Source: Mobula hypostoma
Lineage: Eukaryota
Assembly: GCF_963921235.1 (NCBI RefSeq)
Contig: NC_086101.1
Coordinates: 7,194,001-7,258,000 of the forward strand
Length of the DNA: 64,000 nucleotides
Direction: 5' to 3'
Shown: piece after piece, positions 36,980-49,852 of the stretch
Position numbering within the stretch: position 1 is the first letter of the stretch
Layout: every line of letters begins with the position of its first letter
The notes under the pieces: generated by a model
Told to the model about the DNA's origin: nothing
What the model saw: only the letters and a program-made list of their open reading frames with translations
Database searches by the model: none
Made by a program: the position numbers and the translations under genes

Positions 36980-39729
36980 TGAGTGATTTTATTTATTCGG
37001 GTTCATGAGCCTGATGGTTGAAGGCTAATAACTTCTCCTAAAGCTGTTGGTGTGGGACCTAAGGTTCCTGTGCTTCCTTCCTGATGGCAGCAGGGAGAAG
37101 GGCGGGTGGTGAGGGTCCTTGATGAAGAGCATCCTTATCGATGTGGTCAGGGATGGGGAGGACTTTTCCTGAGCTGACAAATGACCGAACCCAGGTGCAG
37201 AGGAATGACAAACTCCCATGTAGAGACATAAACAAAAGTTTATTCATAGGACTGAGTGACACCTCGAGACAAGTCATTCTTGAAACACCAGGATGCCGCA
37301 ATTAGTGCTGATCATGAGCCTGCTTTAAATAATCATAATATGTGGAAAAACCAGTGCCAGTCAAAATAAACTTGGCAAGGTTAAACAGAAAGCACAAAAG
37401 CTTAACGACTCTACATAAGATTTACAAATACAGCTCCACAGGGCTCTTGACACTACCTTTTCAGAGGCGCACAGGTCCGCAGGGCTCTTGACACTACCTT
37501 TTTCAGATGACAGAACTGTCGTCAGATTGTGTCAGATTCTAGAACAATTGATTCTGAAAACTGCAATCTGCCTCCTAAGCTTCCAGAAATTCTATTTCAT
37601 GATCTAAATCTAAAGTCCTTGCAAGCAACATTTCTTTTCAATTTCCTTTCATACTTGTTTACACATGCAGTGGCTCATGCAAAAAGGCAGAAACACTTGA
37701 CGCTTAGAAGCAAAACAGTGTAGGGTGAAAGTTCACTGATAAAAATATACTTTCTCTGGTTAGTTTGCTTGGGTACTGGATGGTAAAAGTATGGAATATT
37801 ACATTTGGAATGGGATTGTGGCTGTGGGGTGACTAAGTTCAATTTCTATCACTTGAGGAAATGCACCAGGCAAGTTCCTGGACTAAAGTCTAAACAGCAC
37901 CATTGATACAATTATCTGCAGCCCTAGTTATCAAAGTCTTGTGCATGTCTTGGAAGTGACAAAATCTCCCTGTATTTTCAAAGGTCCCAATAAAAGGTCT
38001 GCAAAAATTTTGGAAAAAATACATGAATGAAGGATGACATGGCTACGAGCTACCTGTCATTGGGAGAGCATTGGAATCTACTACAAGGAGGACATTTTTA
38101 TTAGAAGCACCAGCAGGCATGCAGAAATACATAAAGGCAATGAAGACGATTTAACATAGCTTCAGGAAAGAGGGAGGGGGCATGTTTGACAGCCGTTCAC
38201 ATTTGCCTGTGTGGCCTCAACCTGATGGCATGAACGTTGATTTCACCACCTTCCAGTAAACCATTCCAACTCTGTTCCTGGTCTCTCTCCTTCTGAGCCA
38301 CCCAATTCTGCCAACACTCTCTCTTGCCCCCATTTTGTGCTTTCATCCCCTCCCACATCTGCCCATCAGCCATGCAGTACTCCCACTGGTTACCCTCCCT
38401 CTACCGATCCATTCTGCTGTTCTCCTCCCTTGATTGCAGCTTTCTCTTCTACCAGATTCCATTTTCAGCCCTTTGTCAAATCCACCGATCACCTTCCTGC
38501 TCCTCTCCCACAACCGTGGAGAATGTACAAACCCCTTACAGGCAGCAGTGGGAACTGAAACCCGATCTTAGTGTTGGCACTGTCAAGTGTTTGGCTAACC
38601 ACTCTACTACCGCGCTGTCCCATGGAAACCCGTCGGTGCCTAACAGTACTGAACCCATATGATATAAAGGGGAAAGGTTTGTTGAAAGAGGGATGAACTT
38701 TTTTCCCCCAAATATAACCTTTCAATTATGGTTTTGAAAGGCAACAGAACATCTTTTTCACCTTATTTGTCCAGTTTACCTTGTTGGACTTCCTTAAACC
38801 ACTTTTCACTTCATTGTGTGTGGGAGGAATCACTCCCTACAAAAATTATTGCTCAGATTTGCTTTGTTTGAATTAACATGTTATAATTCATACCAAATAA
38901 TACTCCCCATTTTAATTTGGACTGCATGAAACATCAGCAATTTCTCAACACTTAGTGGATTGAAAACATCCTTCTTCCTTTTACAATGCTGTGTTATTTA
39001 AAACCTGACAGCATATCTCGAATTCCTCACCCCACTCAGGTTGACTAATGGTAAACAAGCAAATATTTGAGAGTAAAACTTTAATCTTTAATTCAGCAAA
39101 TGTCCTTTCCAATGGTTAATTTGCTTTTTTAATCCTTTCTAACAACTCATTCCAGATCAAGCACATAATAAGTCCAGTAATGGGCAGACAGAATGCAGAG
39201 TGACTGCATTTAGGGGTCTAGGAGTCTGAATTCCATGCCATTGGCAACCAGTTCACTGAAAAGTACAAGATGATCGGCCTCAGGAAGATGGGTATCAGGC
39301 AGATAAGATGCCTTCACGAGCCTTATCCCTTTGTACACTTCTGTTTCTGACAAAGACTGATATTAGTCAAGCTCGTATCCAATTCATTTACATTCAATAG
39401 GCTCCTTTGGCAGGCATGAACTTTGCTACGCCTTTATCATCTGCCTATAAATGCTTAGCAACTTGAACAATTGTTGCTATGCAACACGGAAAGAGATTGT
39501 CAAACATTGCGGTGTGCTGTGTTCCAAACCTTGTTGTGCCTCTGTTGGCATTAAACCTCATAACAAATAACCTCATACACTGTTTTTGCCCACAGAAATG
39601 CCCCTCTTTGGATGTCTTTATTTTATTTTTCACACCATGCTGTGTAAAGTCTAGAGAATATCTCTGAGATACTTAACCCTCCCCTTCTGGCGCCAGAAGG
39701 GTGGCATTCCATGGCCAAAGTTAGTCAGA

Positions 39730-39880
39730 TCATATTTCTTCCTCATTCCAATGTTTCATCCGAATAGTAACTGAACTTCTCGACCATGTCTGCACACATT
39801 TATACATTGAGTTGCTACCATGTGATTGGCTAATTAGTAATTTGCAACAACGAGCAAGTGTACAGATGTACCTAATACTG
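39730..39880 (-). mobile_element. Tc1-like fragment
   Basis: Reverse-complement similarity to 61895-62060 (TATTAGGTACA..TAGCCAATCA..GCAACTCA..CATCAGAATGAGGAAGAAAT). Confidence 0.55.
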
Positions 39881-40554
39881 GAAGTGCATCATTCCAGTGT
39901 TTGAAAACCAAGGTGATTGTGTTCAGAGATAGGGTGATGGTTTAGAGCAGTATGGATTTATCATGCTCAATAGTTAATATGTTAAAAACATGAAGTGATT
40001 ATCGAGGAATGTGGGTGGGTGTGTCTGCTTTTGGCCAGGCTTCACTCTCTGCCCCTTCTGCTGGTGGTGACAGATGCAGTCAGAAGGAAAACATTTAAAG
40101 CTGGATCAAATCCAGATCCAGGCTGATACATACCCAGATTAGAAATTGTTCCCACTAGCTGAGTCCCGAAGCCACTCCCAGCTGGTGTCAACTGATCAAA
40201 CAGAGCCTAGAAATTCAGTCAAGAGATTCCAATATGGGTGTCTGATGTGGGCTGAACCTTTCCCCCATTCCTTCTGGAGAATTCTCTTTCGCTGCATTTT
40301 CTGCTACTTCCAACCCATCTGCACTATCGCCCAGTCCAGCTGTGACTAGACTCATGGCCCAGGATTGCTGCTGAATCCACGGAGTCCCATGGTAAATAAA
40401 ATAGTGTTCATTTTCATCATTTCACTGAATCATTCATTTCCCTTAAACTGGTAATTAGTTAAACAATAACATTAATTTAATCTGCTATTTATTTCAATGT
40501 TCTGATGTTTACACTTGTCGTAGTGACAATCCTTTCAGTGTTTTTGTTTTAACC

Positions 40555-41035
40555 TGTCAGGGCGCTGGAGCAGGGATCCAGTCGCTGACCCAGTACTCTG
40601 CACACAGTGATAGTAATTGAGTAACAAATCCCAAGGTGCAAACAAAGTCAGCGTCAGAGTTCAGGCAGAGATCAAAGCATCCAGAGAAATCCAAAAACCA
40701 GAATCGGGAAACAGGCAGAGTCAATATTCAGATGGACAGAGTTCAGATATGAATGCTGGAAAAGCTCAGGAAAATTCACTGGCAACAAACAGGTGAAAAC
40801 ACAGGACTGAGATACACTGAGCAATAAACAGAGAGGCAGATGATAGGTGGAGCACAATGAGACACAAGTGGCAGCAAAACAGGTAATAATGAGAAACAGA
40901 TGAGAGTTAGTACTCAGTAATACAGGGGCCAGAGTAGAGCAGAAACAGGGACAAGAGCATGTGGCAATACAAAACCACAGACCGACAGCTCGGGGGAAAA
41001 CACACAAAAAGACAGTTCAACTGGAGGTACTGATA
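40555..41035 (-). mobile_element. Probable solo LTR
   Basis: Ends TGTCAG..CTGATA with strong strand-composition bias. Flanks are only partly duplicated (TAACC/CAACG). Confidence 0.45.
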
Positions 41036-41099
41036 CAACGCTTCAATGTTTCTATCCCACTGCTCCTGAACCCCACATTTGACACCGGTGCTGCGAATC

Positions 41100-42608
41100 C
41101 ATTCTTTTACAGGTCCCACAGTGGAACAGGAGCAGATTGTCAATCCCTCGATTTCATCCCAAGTGCAGAAGAAAGGGCCAAGTTTCCCTGTGATTTTATT
41201 CCCAGTGAAGGTGTAGATATGGGGCTTGGTATCCACACTGTAAAATGAAACCATCCTGGTTTTGTGACCGTGCTAAATTCCCACCCTCCCAGGGAAAGGA
41301 CTAAGAGAGAGACAGGATGGAGGGCCGATGTTTACATAACACCTGCCACCCTGTCTGCTGATAGTCTAGTCTCTGGGACCATCAGGACACTTTCCATTCT
41401 CTCGAGTTTCTGCGGTGACTCCCAAACTCCAGCCTTTATTCTGCACCACTTCCACCTCCCAGTAATGTCTCCCGGTTGCATGTCTCTCTGATCCCAGCAT
41501 GCAGGTCCAGTGGGTTAATATTTTCCCTGTGTCTGGGAGAAACTGCAGGGTCCGAGTCAGTCTCACGCTCTCAAGATCCTCAAGACACCTCAAGCTCCAT
41601 CTCCAGGGTGACAGAGTCTGGAGTGGGTGGAGAGGCAGAGATTTAGCCCCCGTGGACAGAAGGGAGCTTCAGGCAGTGCCAAGCAGAGGCAGGGGTTGGT
41701 TGAGAAGAGTTGCTACCCCTCCGGCCTCAGGTACTGTTGGGAATACAAAATAATCCCTTTGTAGTTGAATATTTAGAAGGGATTATTTTTCATCAGATGT
41801 TTTTGGAGATGGAATAAAATTCCAATAACACTAGCCTATTATTAAAAATCTTATTTGCACCTAAATAGTAATTACGCACCTCTACTATAGCACTAAGTTC
41901 AAGCTGTTCAACTCCAACGTGAAGTTGGTTCTTCTGTATGGGGGGAAAAGACTTGGAGGACAACAAACACAATCATCAGGATAGTGCAGACCTTTATTGA
42001 TAGCTATCCGGGGAAGACAAAATCCTCTGCTCTGCAGGCCTGAAGTAACCAACAACACCAATCTATGGCAAAAAACACACCCATTTACAGCGGAAGAAGA
42101 ATTAAGGAAAATAACATGGGGACGAATATGATAGGATAGTAAGCCAACTATCTATATCACCAGGCAGGTGCTAAAGTGGGACATCCGGGAAAAACGGCAG
42201 AGGCCGACCAAAGAACACCCAGCAATGTGACCTTGGAGCTGAAACCAAGATGAACAGTGACACCTGGAGACAAATTGAAAGATTGGCCAGGACCGAGGAC
42301 TCTGGCGAGCTGTTGTGGGTGGCCCATGCCTCAGTAGGGGTGCTGGGCTTAACTGATACAGCAGAGCAAAGGTAGTTGTACAAGTTTTACCTTGCTTAAT
42401 TGCAGTAAACATTTTTCTCCATACAGCATAGAGTAAGGGTTGATCGTAGACTTCATCTGCAACTGCGAATAGCAGGACATCGTTGCCAAGTCTGCAAATA
42501 TTAAGCAGGTGGTTTAAGTGGAAGATCAACATTTTTTATGTATTACTTTATAATGTTGTGGAAAGTTTTGTTCACAAATATTTCCGACCTCTTTTACCAA
42601 GTTTCCTC
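41100..42608 (-). pseudogene. Second partial TRIM pseudogene: linker exon(s) plus B30.2 copy 4
   Basis: Linker exon 42491-42391 has AG/GT edges and reads LGNDVLL..PLLYAVWRKMFTAIKQ. Possible micro-exon 42608-42589. B30.2 exon 41617 to about 41100 has [20 protein letters not shown] and VSFYSVDTKPHIYTFTGNK, with frameshifts and stops. Confidence 0.85.
42190..42355 (+). mobile_element. RTE-like 3' end
   Basis: GGCCAGGACCGAGGACTCTGGCGAGCTGTTGTGGGTGGCCCATGC resembles an RTE C-terminal A-QDR-W segment. Confidence 0.45.
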
Positions 42609-43254
42609 CAGATGTATGTAAGAATATATTATATATAATTACAGTGGCCGTCCATACCCTGCCTACAAATTATTGAGAGTGAGGACAAGTTCTGTTAGGC
42701 AAAGGAGAGTGATGGTGGAGGGGGACTGGATAGGTCTGATGTCCAGAATGAAATGGAGAACTTTGATGCCTTCCTGGTGGGGGATGGAGGTGTATAGGGG
42801 CTGGACATCCACAGTAAAAATAAGATGATGGGGGCCAGGAAACTTGAAATCCTTGAAAAGGTCAAGGGCATGTGAGGTGTTGATGGGAGCAGGTTCATGT
42901 GCAGTAGAAATACCAACACCAAACAGATATTAAACAACATCCAACATAAATGACAAATATGCAGAAACCAATTACTGGAATATTATTAAATCAATCTAAT
43001 GTAAACCAGATATTTATAATTCCACTTGCACTTCCCATTCCTGTTCCATTAAGTCCATCCATGGCCTCCTCCACTGTTGTGGTGAGGCCACACTTAGGCT
43101 GGAGGATCAACACCTTATATTCTGTTTGGATAGCCTCCAACCTGATAGCATGAAAATTGATTTCTCAAACTTCCGGTAATGCCCCCTAATCCCCCCCCCC
43201 TTCCATTTCCCATCCCCTTTTCCCTCTCTCACCTTATCTCCTTCTGGTGCTGCT

Positions 43255-45660
43255 TCACTCCTCGTGACCCTCTGAGTGAAGAAGTTACCCCTCATGTTCC
43301 CCTTAAACTTTTCACTTTGCACCCTTAACCCATGACCTCTGGCTTTAATCCCACCGAACGTTCATGGAAAAAACCTGCTACATTTACCCTATCCGTACCT
43401 CTCATAATTTTACATACCTATATCAAATCCCCTTCAACGTTTTACATTCCAAGGAATAAAATCCTAACTTATTCAATCTTTCCTCACAGCCCAGTTCCTC
43501 CAGTTCCGGCAGCATTCTTGTTAATTCTCTCTGTACTCTCTTACATCTTTTCTGTATGTAGGCGACCAAAACTGCACACAAACACTCAAATTAGGCCTCA
43601 ATAACGTCACATACAATTTCACCATGTCTTGTACTCAATTCTTTGATATATGAAGGCCAATGTAGAAAAATGTTTCTTTACAACCCTTTCTACCTGTGAA
43701 GCCACTTTCAATGAATTATGGACCTGTATTCCCAGATCCCTTTGTTCTTCAACACTCCTCAGTGTCCTACCATTCACTGGGTAAGACCTACAGTTATTGG
43801 TCCTACCAAAGTGCAACACCTCACATTTGTCTGCATTAAATTCCATCTGCCATTTTCCCAGGTGGTCCAGATCTCGCCCGCAAGTTCTGATAATCTTCCC
43901 TGCTGTCCACTACACCCCCATTCTTGGTGTCAACTGCAAATTTGCTGATCCAGTTAACCACATTATCATCCAGATCATTGATATAGATGACAAACAACAA
44001 CAGTCCCAGCACCAGTCCCTGCGGCACTCCACTAGTCAACGTCTCCTGTCGAGGAGATTCAATTTATTACCTCACCTTGAATGGTGAGTGACTGAACTTT
44101 GCAGACTAACCTCCCATGTGGGACATGGTCAAATGCCTTGTCCATGTAGACAACATCCACTGCCTTCCCTTCATCTTCCTTGAAAAACATTACAAGATTG
44201 GTTTGGGAGGATTTACCATGCACAAAGCCATGTTGACTATCCCTAATCAGTCTATGTTTATCAAAATACTCATATCTAGTCCTTTTCAATACCCTCCAAC
44301 TACTTTGCCGCTACTGATGTCAGGCTCACCAGCCTACAATTTCCTGGTTCCTGTTCAAAGTCTTTCTTAAACAGTGGAACAACATTGGTTATCCTCCAAT
44401 CCTCTGGTACCTCATCTGTCACTAAGGATGATTTAAATAATCTAATATTGCTGTTAGGGCCCCAGAAATTTCTGCACTTATCTCCCACAGAGCCCGAAGG
44501 AACACCTTGTCAGGCCCTGGAGAGATTCATTTACCCTAATCTGTCTCAAGACAACAAACACCTGCTCCTCTGCATAGGGTCCATGACCATTCTGCTGCTT
44601 TGCCTCATCTCCATAGACTCTGTGTCTGTCTCCAGAGTAAATACAGATGTATCTGAGATCTCCCCATTTCCTTTGGCTGCATGCATGGATTACCATTCTG
44701 ATCATCCCCAGGGCTAATTTTGTCCCTTGAAATCCTTTTGCTCTTAACATATTTGCAGATGCTCTCAGACTTCCCCTTCCTTTTGTCTGCAAGAGCAACT
44801 TCATGCCTTCTTTTAGCCTTTCTGATTTCTTTTTAAGCATTCTCGTGCAATTCTTGTATCCCATAAGTACCTCATTTGTTCCTACCTGCCTATACCTACT
44901 ATACAACTCCTGTTTTATTTTTTCTTAACCAGGGCCTCAATATCTCCTGAAAACAATGGTTCTCTAAACCTGCTATTTTTACCTTTTATTCTGGCATGCA
45001 CATACAAGGCGTGTACTCTCAAAAGTTAACTTTGAAGGCCTCCCACTTATCAAATACACCTTTGCCAGAAAACAACCTATCCCAATCCACACTTGCCAGA
45101 TCCTTTCTGCTACCAACAAAATTGGCCAGTCTCCAATATAGAATATCAACCCACAGACCAGATTTATCTTTTTTCCATGTTTACTTTGAAACTAATGGAA
45201 TTATGATCACTATGTCTTTTGATAATAAATTTACATTGAACTTTGAACTTACATCTCCTTGCTGTTATCCACTGATCTGAAGTCTGCACCTCAGGTAGCA
45301 CTACTTCAGCACAAGTTTGATGTCTTCACTCTCCTGGATGGCCCAAAGTACATCAACATCCAATTCTTTGACCCAGTCTGTCAGGAGGTACAGCTGGGGT
45401 GCCCTTTCCATAGAAAAGTGCATATCTTATGGTACGAGCATTCCACCATCCTAATTCAATACCTCCTGATTCAAGGACTAAGGATTTTCAGGGAAGTAAA
45501 TAAAAACATTTCTTGTTTTTAGCTCTGCCTTTTCACGGAAGCCCTTTTTAAACAGCTACTCTTACTCCCAGCTGGGCCTCTTGAACTGAAGCGTTGGATC
45601 TGCACTCTAACACTGACCATTCCAAGAATGGGCACTCCACTGGGCTTTAACCTCTTTTTA
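43255..45660 (-). mobile_element. Degenerate CR1 with deletions, including ORF1/5' remnant
   Basis: ORFs 43619-43846, 43836-44039, 44059-44289 and 44300-44488. ORF1-like QLYLLTDWVKEL near 45370. Confidence 0.8.
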
Positions 45661-45919
45661 TATGATAAACACATGATATTCTGCAAATGCTCGAAATCCA
45701 GAGACAGACACCCCTCCCCCCCGCCCCCGAGGAACACAACAGGTCAGGCAGTATCAATGGAGAGGAGTATGTAGTCGAAGATTCAGGTCAGGGCCCTGGT
45801 GGGAAAAGGCTCTCATTCGTGGGACTTTTGCGAAGCTTATTTGAACTTTTTACAAGCCGGTAATCCTTCCCCAAGATTTCCTAAGGGGCTCACGTTAGCC
45901 CAGTTAGATTCAAGATATC

Positions 45920-46920
45920 TATGCAACACACACAAAATGCTGGAGGAACTCAGCAGGCCAGGCAGCACCTATGGAAAAAAGTACTGTCAACGTTTCGAGC
46001 CGAGACCCTTCGGTAGGATTGGAGAAAAAAAAAGAGATGAGGAGTAGATTCAAAAGGTGGGGGAGGGGAGAGAGAAATACAAGGTGATAGGTAAAACGGG
46101 GAAGGGTAGGGATGAAATAAAGAGCTGGGAAGTTGATTGGTGAAAGAGCTACAGGGCTGAAGAAGGGACAATCTGATAGGAGAGAACAGAAGGCCATGGA
46201 AGAAAGAGAAGAGGGGAGGAGCACCAGAGGGGGGCAATGGGCAGGGAAGGAGATAAAGTGAGAGAAGGAATAGGAGATGGGAAGTGGTGGAGGAGAAGAG
46301 GGTGGGCCATTACTGGAAGTTCATGCCATCAGGTTGGAGGCTACCCAGACGGAATACGAGGTGTTGTTCCTCTAACCTGAGTGTGGCCTCATCATGGAGG
46401 ACATGGATTGACATATCTGAATGGGAATGGGAAGTGGAATTAAAATGGGTGGCCACTGGGAGATCCCACTTCTTCTGGCGGATGGAGCTCTGGCGCTTAG
46501 TGAAACCGTTTCTCAATTCTCGTCGGGTCTCACCGACATACAGGAGGCCGCACTGGGAGCACCGGTCAGAGTATATGACCCCAACAGACTAACTGGAGGT
46601 GTTGCCTCACCTGGAAGGACTGTTTGGGGCCCTGAATGGTAATGAGGGAGGAGATGGAGCACTAGTTCCGCTTGCAAGGATAAATGCCAGGAGGGTTAGG
46701 GTGGGGAGGAACAAATGGACCAGGGAATCATAGGGAGCAAGCCCTGCAGAGAGCGGAAAGCAGGAGTGGGGGGGGGGAAGGAAGAGATATGCTTGGTGAA
46801 GGTACCCTGTTGGAGATGGTGGAAGGTCCGGAGGATTATGTGCTGGATGCAGAGGCTGGTGGAGTGGTAGGTGAGGACAAGAGGAACCCTATCTCTGGTG
46901 GGGTGACAGGAAGACGGGGT
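45920..46920 (-). mobile_element. Penelope-like fragment
   Basis: ORF 46310-46516 has DLPVATHFNSTSHSH..FRLGSLQPDGMN, and the terminal sequence is shared with other copies. Confidence 0.85.
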
Positions 46921-47904
46921 AACCTATGTAGGGACTGTTCAGATGTGTATAGCCTGTGTTCCCTGAGGGTGGGGGCCATAAGAAAAGATACGATCTAAGT
47001 ATATAAAAGAGTGAGATTGATCGGGTGGCGAGAGGCAAACATGTCCCCTTACATTAGGTACATTAAAGGATATATTTATGGTAAGGGACAAGAAATTTCG
47101 ACAGGTTATGAAAAAGATCGTGCTCATTCAGAGTGGGGAGAATCTGGAACACACTACCCAAGGGAGTAGTGCATGTAGAGTCCTGGGCAGTGTTCAGTGT
47201 TCTGCAAGCGTGCAGGCCCAAACTTGAAATGTTTGAGCATAGAAGGCTCTGGACAAGCGTCTGAACATATGACGACTGCGGATGTTCGCCCTGGTCGGCA
47301 GCTCTGTACTGCATCCCCCAAGAGGACCACAACCTTCTCCTCGGGTTTGAAGGCTTGCTTACCTCAATGACCCGGAGAGCTATGCTGGCTGGAGTCAGGG
47401 CTTTATGCTTAGGTTATTGGTAGGGTCACCCATGCCAAACAGGTCAAAGGGTAGAGGACGGACTAAGAGTGGTCCACCGGTCCTCTGGGTTCGGGGGTGG
47501 GGGGGGGAGATTCAGCTCAGGCCTAACAACCCGGGTGGGTCAAGCAAAACTGTTACAGAAACAGTAATGAATAACTCTTCTTCATCTGTGTGCGACGGTA
47601 TTCCTGAGTCTCCACCCGGGAGTCGCACCACTGACAGCAGTGAAAACCGGGAAGAAGCTACCGACGCGATGAAGCAAGTCCTGAGCACCGCCAAGACCAA
47701 AAGGCCGAGGACGGAGAGAGATGAAGGCTTTTATTGCCATCTAAAGGCCAGCGACGTAACAGGTGGTAAGTAAATGTACAGTATTGCATCGTGTAACTCC
47801 TATCCACTGCCAAAGAGCAATAGGTTTCTCGAACGGTATTGCACTGAAACAGGCACTACGGCCCACCGAGTCATCATCAACTATATCACTTTATACCGTG
47901 CAAT

Positions 47905-48502
47905 GTAGAAGATTGAGGTATTCAAAATCATGAGGGGTATAGATAGGGTAAATATTTTTTCTCACTGAGGTTGGGCGGGTCTACAACGAGTCATAGTCAT
48001 ACTTTATTGATCCCGGGGGAAATTAGTTTTCGTTACAGTTGCACCATAAATAATAAATAGTAATAAAACCATAAATAGTTAATTTGTAATATGTAAATTA
48101 TGCCAGGAAATAAGTCCAGGACCAGCTTATTGGCTCAGGGTGTCTGACCCTCCAAGGGAGGAGTTGTAAAGTTTGATGGCCACAGGCAGGAATGACTTCC
48201 TATGACGCTCTGTGCTGCATCTCGGAGCCATAGGTTAAGGGTAAAAGGTGAAAAGTTTAAGGGGGAATATGAGGGGGAAAACGTCTTCACTCAGAGGGTG
48301 GTGACAGCGTGGAACAAGCTGCCAGCACAAATGGCGCATGCGAGCTCGATGTCAATGTTTAAGAGAAGTTTGGATAGGTACATGGATTGTATGGAGGGCT
48401 ATGGTCCCGGTGCAGGTCGATGGGAGCAAGCAGTTTAAATGGCTCGGCACGGACTAGATGGGCCGAAGGTCCCGTTTCTGTGCTGTATTTTTCTATGGCT
48501 CT
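47905..48502 (+). mobile_element. CR1 3' end interrupted by an opposite-strand LINE tail (about 47990-48225)
   Basis: ORF 48202-48438 has FTQRVVTAWNKLP. Tail TTCTGTGCTGTATTTTTCTATGGCTCT. Confidence 0.7.
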
Positions 48503-49140
48503 ATTAATATAGTTTCTTGAACCAATATTCTATTTGAAGAATTGATGAAAACCCAAAGGTGAATAGTTGCCTGGCATTAATTTCCCGTCTTACTCCTCTT
48601 ATACCTGTGTTGGGCTCCCGATATTTTTGTAACGTAGCCGAGACCACGTTTTGAGGAACAGGTGCATCTGATTGAACACAACTTTCTGAATTCAAGGATT
48701 AATACAACATTTTTTTCATATAATCAGCAGTTTCTTGTGCCTCACATTCTCGACATTAACCCCACTCCCGCTTAACCATGTAAAATCTCCTCCCCACCCC
48801 AAAAACGTTCTCTTCTAGCGTCCTCTTCCGGACAGTACCTGCGCCTTGCAAATCTGAGACCTTTAGGACCCGGGGAGGACAATAGTTTCACTCATTATTT
48901 TCGCAGGTTTTTCTGTTCGAGTTGACGGAGACGTTAAAATTGTTAGATCAATGGACTGAATATGAATTACATTTTATTTAACTCTCCCCACATTTATATT
49001 TATTTTGGTTTTATTTGCAACCCTATTAAGTGTTTACAATGTGGAATTTGAAGACTAAAACCTGTTGTCCACGGGTGGGGGTCGGGGTTGCACAGCTGTC
49101 CCTGTGCCCGGCTCCTTATGCGGTCCTGGGACGCAAGCCA

Positions 49141-49622
49141 TTTAGAGAACCAGAGCGGAAGCGGAGCAGATTCTCAGACAGTTGTTTCGACCCCAAATCC
49201 AGAAGAAAGGGTATTTTTTTCTCTGCGAATTTATTCCCAGTGAAGTGAAACTGTCCCGGACCCGTAACTGAGATGAACTCCCACTCTCCCGCAGATGGGA
49301 CGGACAGGGAGACGGGACTGGAGAAGAGGTGAACGCATAAAACGCGCTAGAAACCCGCCCAATGGTTGAAAATCCGGTCTCCAGTGTCGGGTATCAGATT
49401 GACCGCTCTCTTCCTCTGCACAGACTGCGGCGACTCCCAGCCTCCAGACCCGACTCCCCGCCACCTCCACCTCCCAGTAATGTCTCCCCGATGCGAATCC
49501 CTCCGATCCCAGCACACAAGGCCTTTTCTGATGTCAAAGAGATTCCCCGAGTCTCGGTGAAGCTCACACTCTTCTGATCCCCAGACACCTCGAGCCACGG
49601 ACTCGCTGTTTTGACATTCAGG
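49141..49622 (-). pseudogene. B30.2 terminal exon remnant, copy 5
   Basis: [46 protein letters not shown] and [14 protein letters not shown]. The acceptor and first codons are deleted relative to copy 3, with multiple frameshifts. Confidence 0.88.
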
Positions 49623-49852
49623 AAGCAGAATATCAGGGAGTACCCGGGCATTAGGGGAGCGCTCGGGCAGCGGGTCCTGGGATCATCGGGGTCTCTCTTC
49701 CCGCCACATTTACATCACACGCTGCATTCGCAAAGCAAGCAGCATTATGAAGGATGCGCCCCTCATACAAACTCTTCTCACTCCTGCCATCTGGCAAAAG
49801 GCACCGAAGTATTCGGGCTCTCACGACCAGACTATGTAACAGTTTCTTCCCG

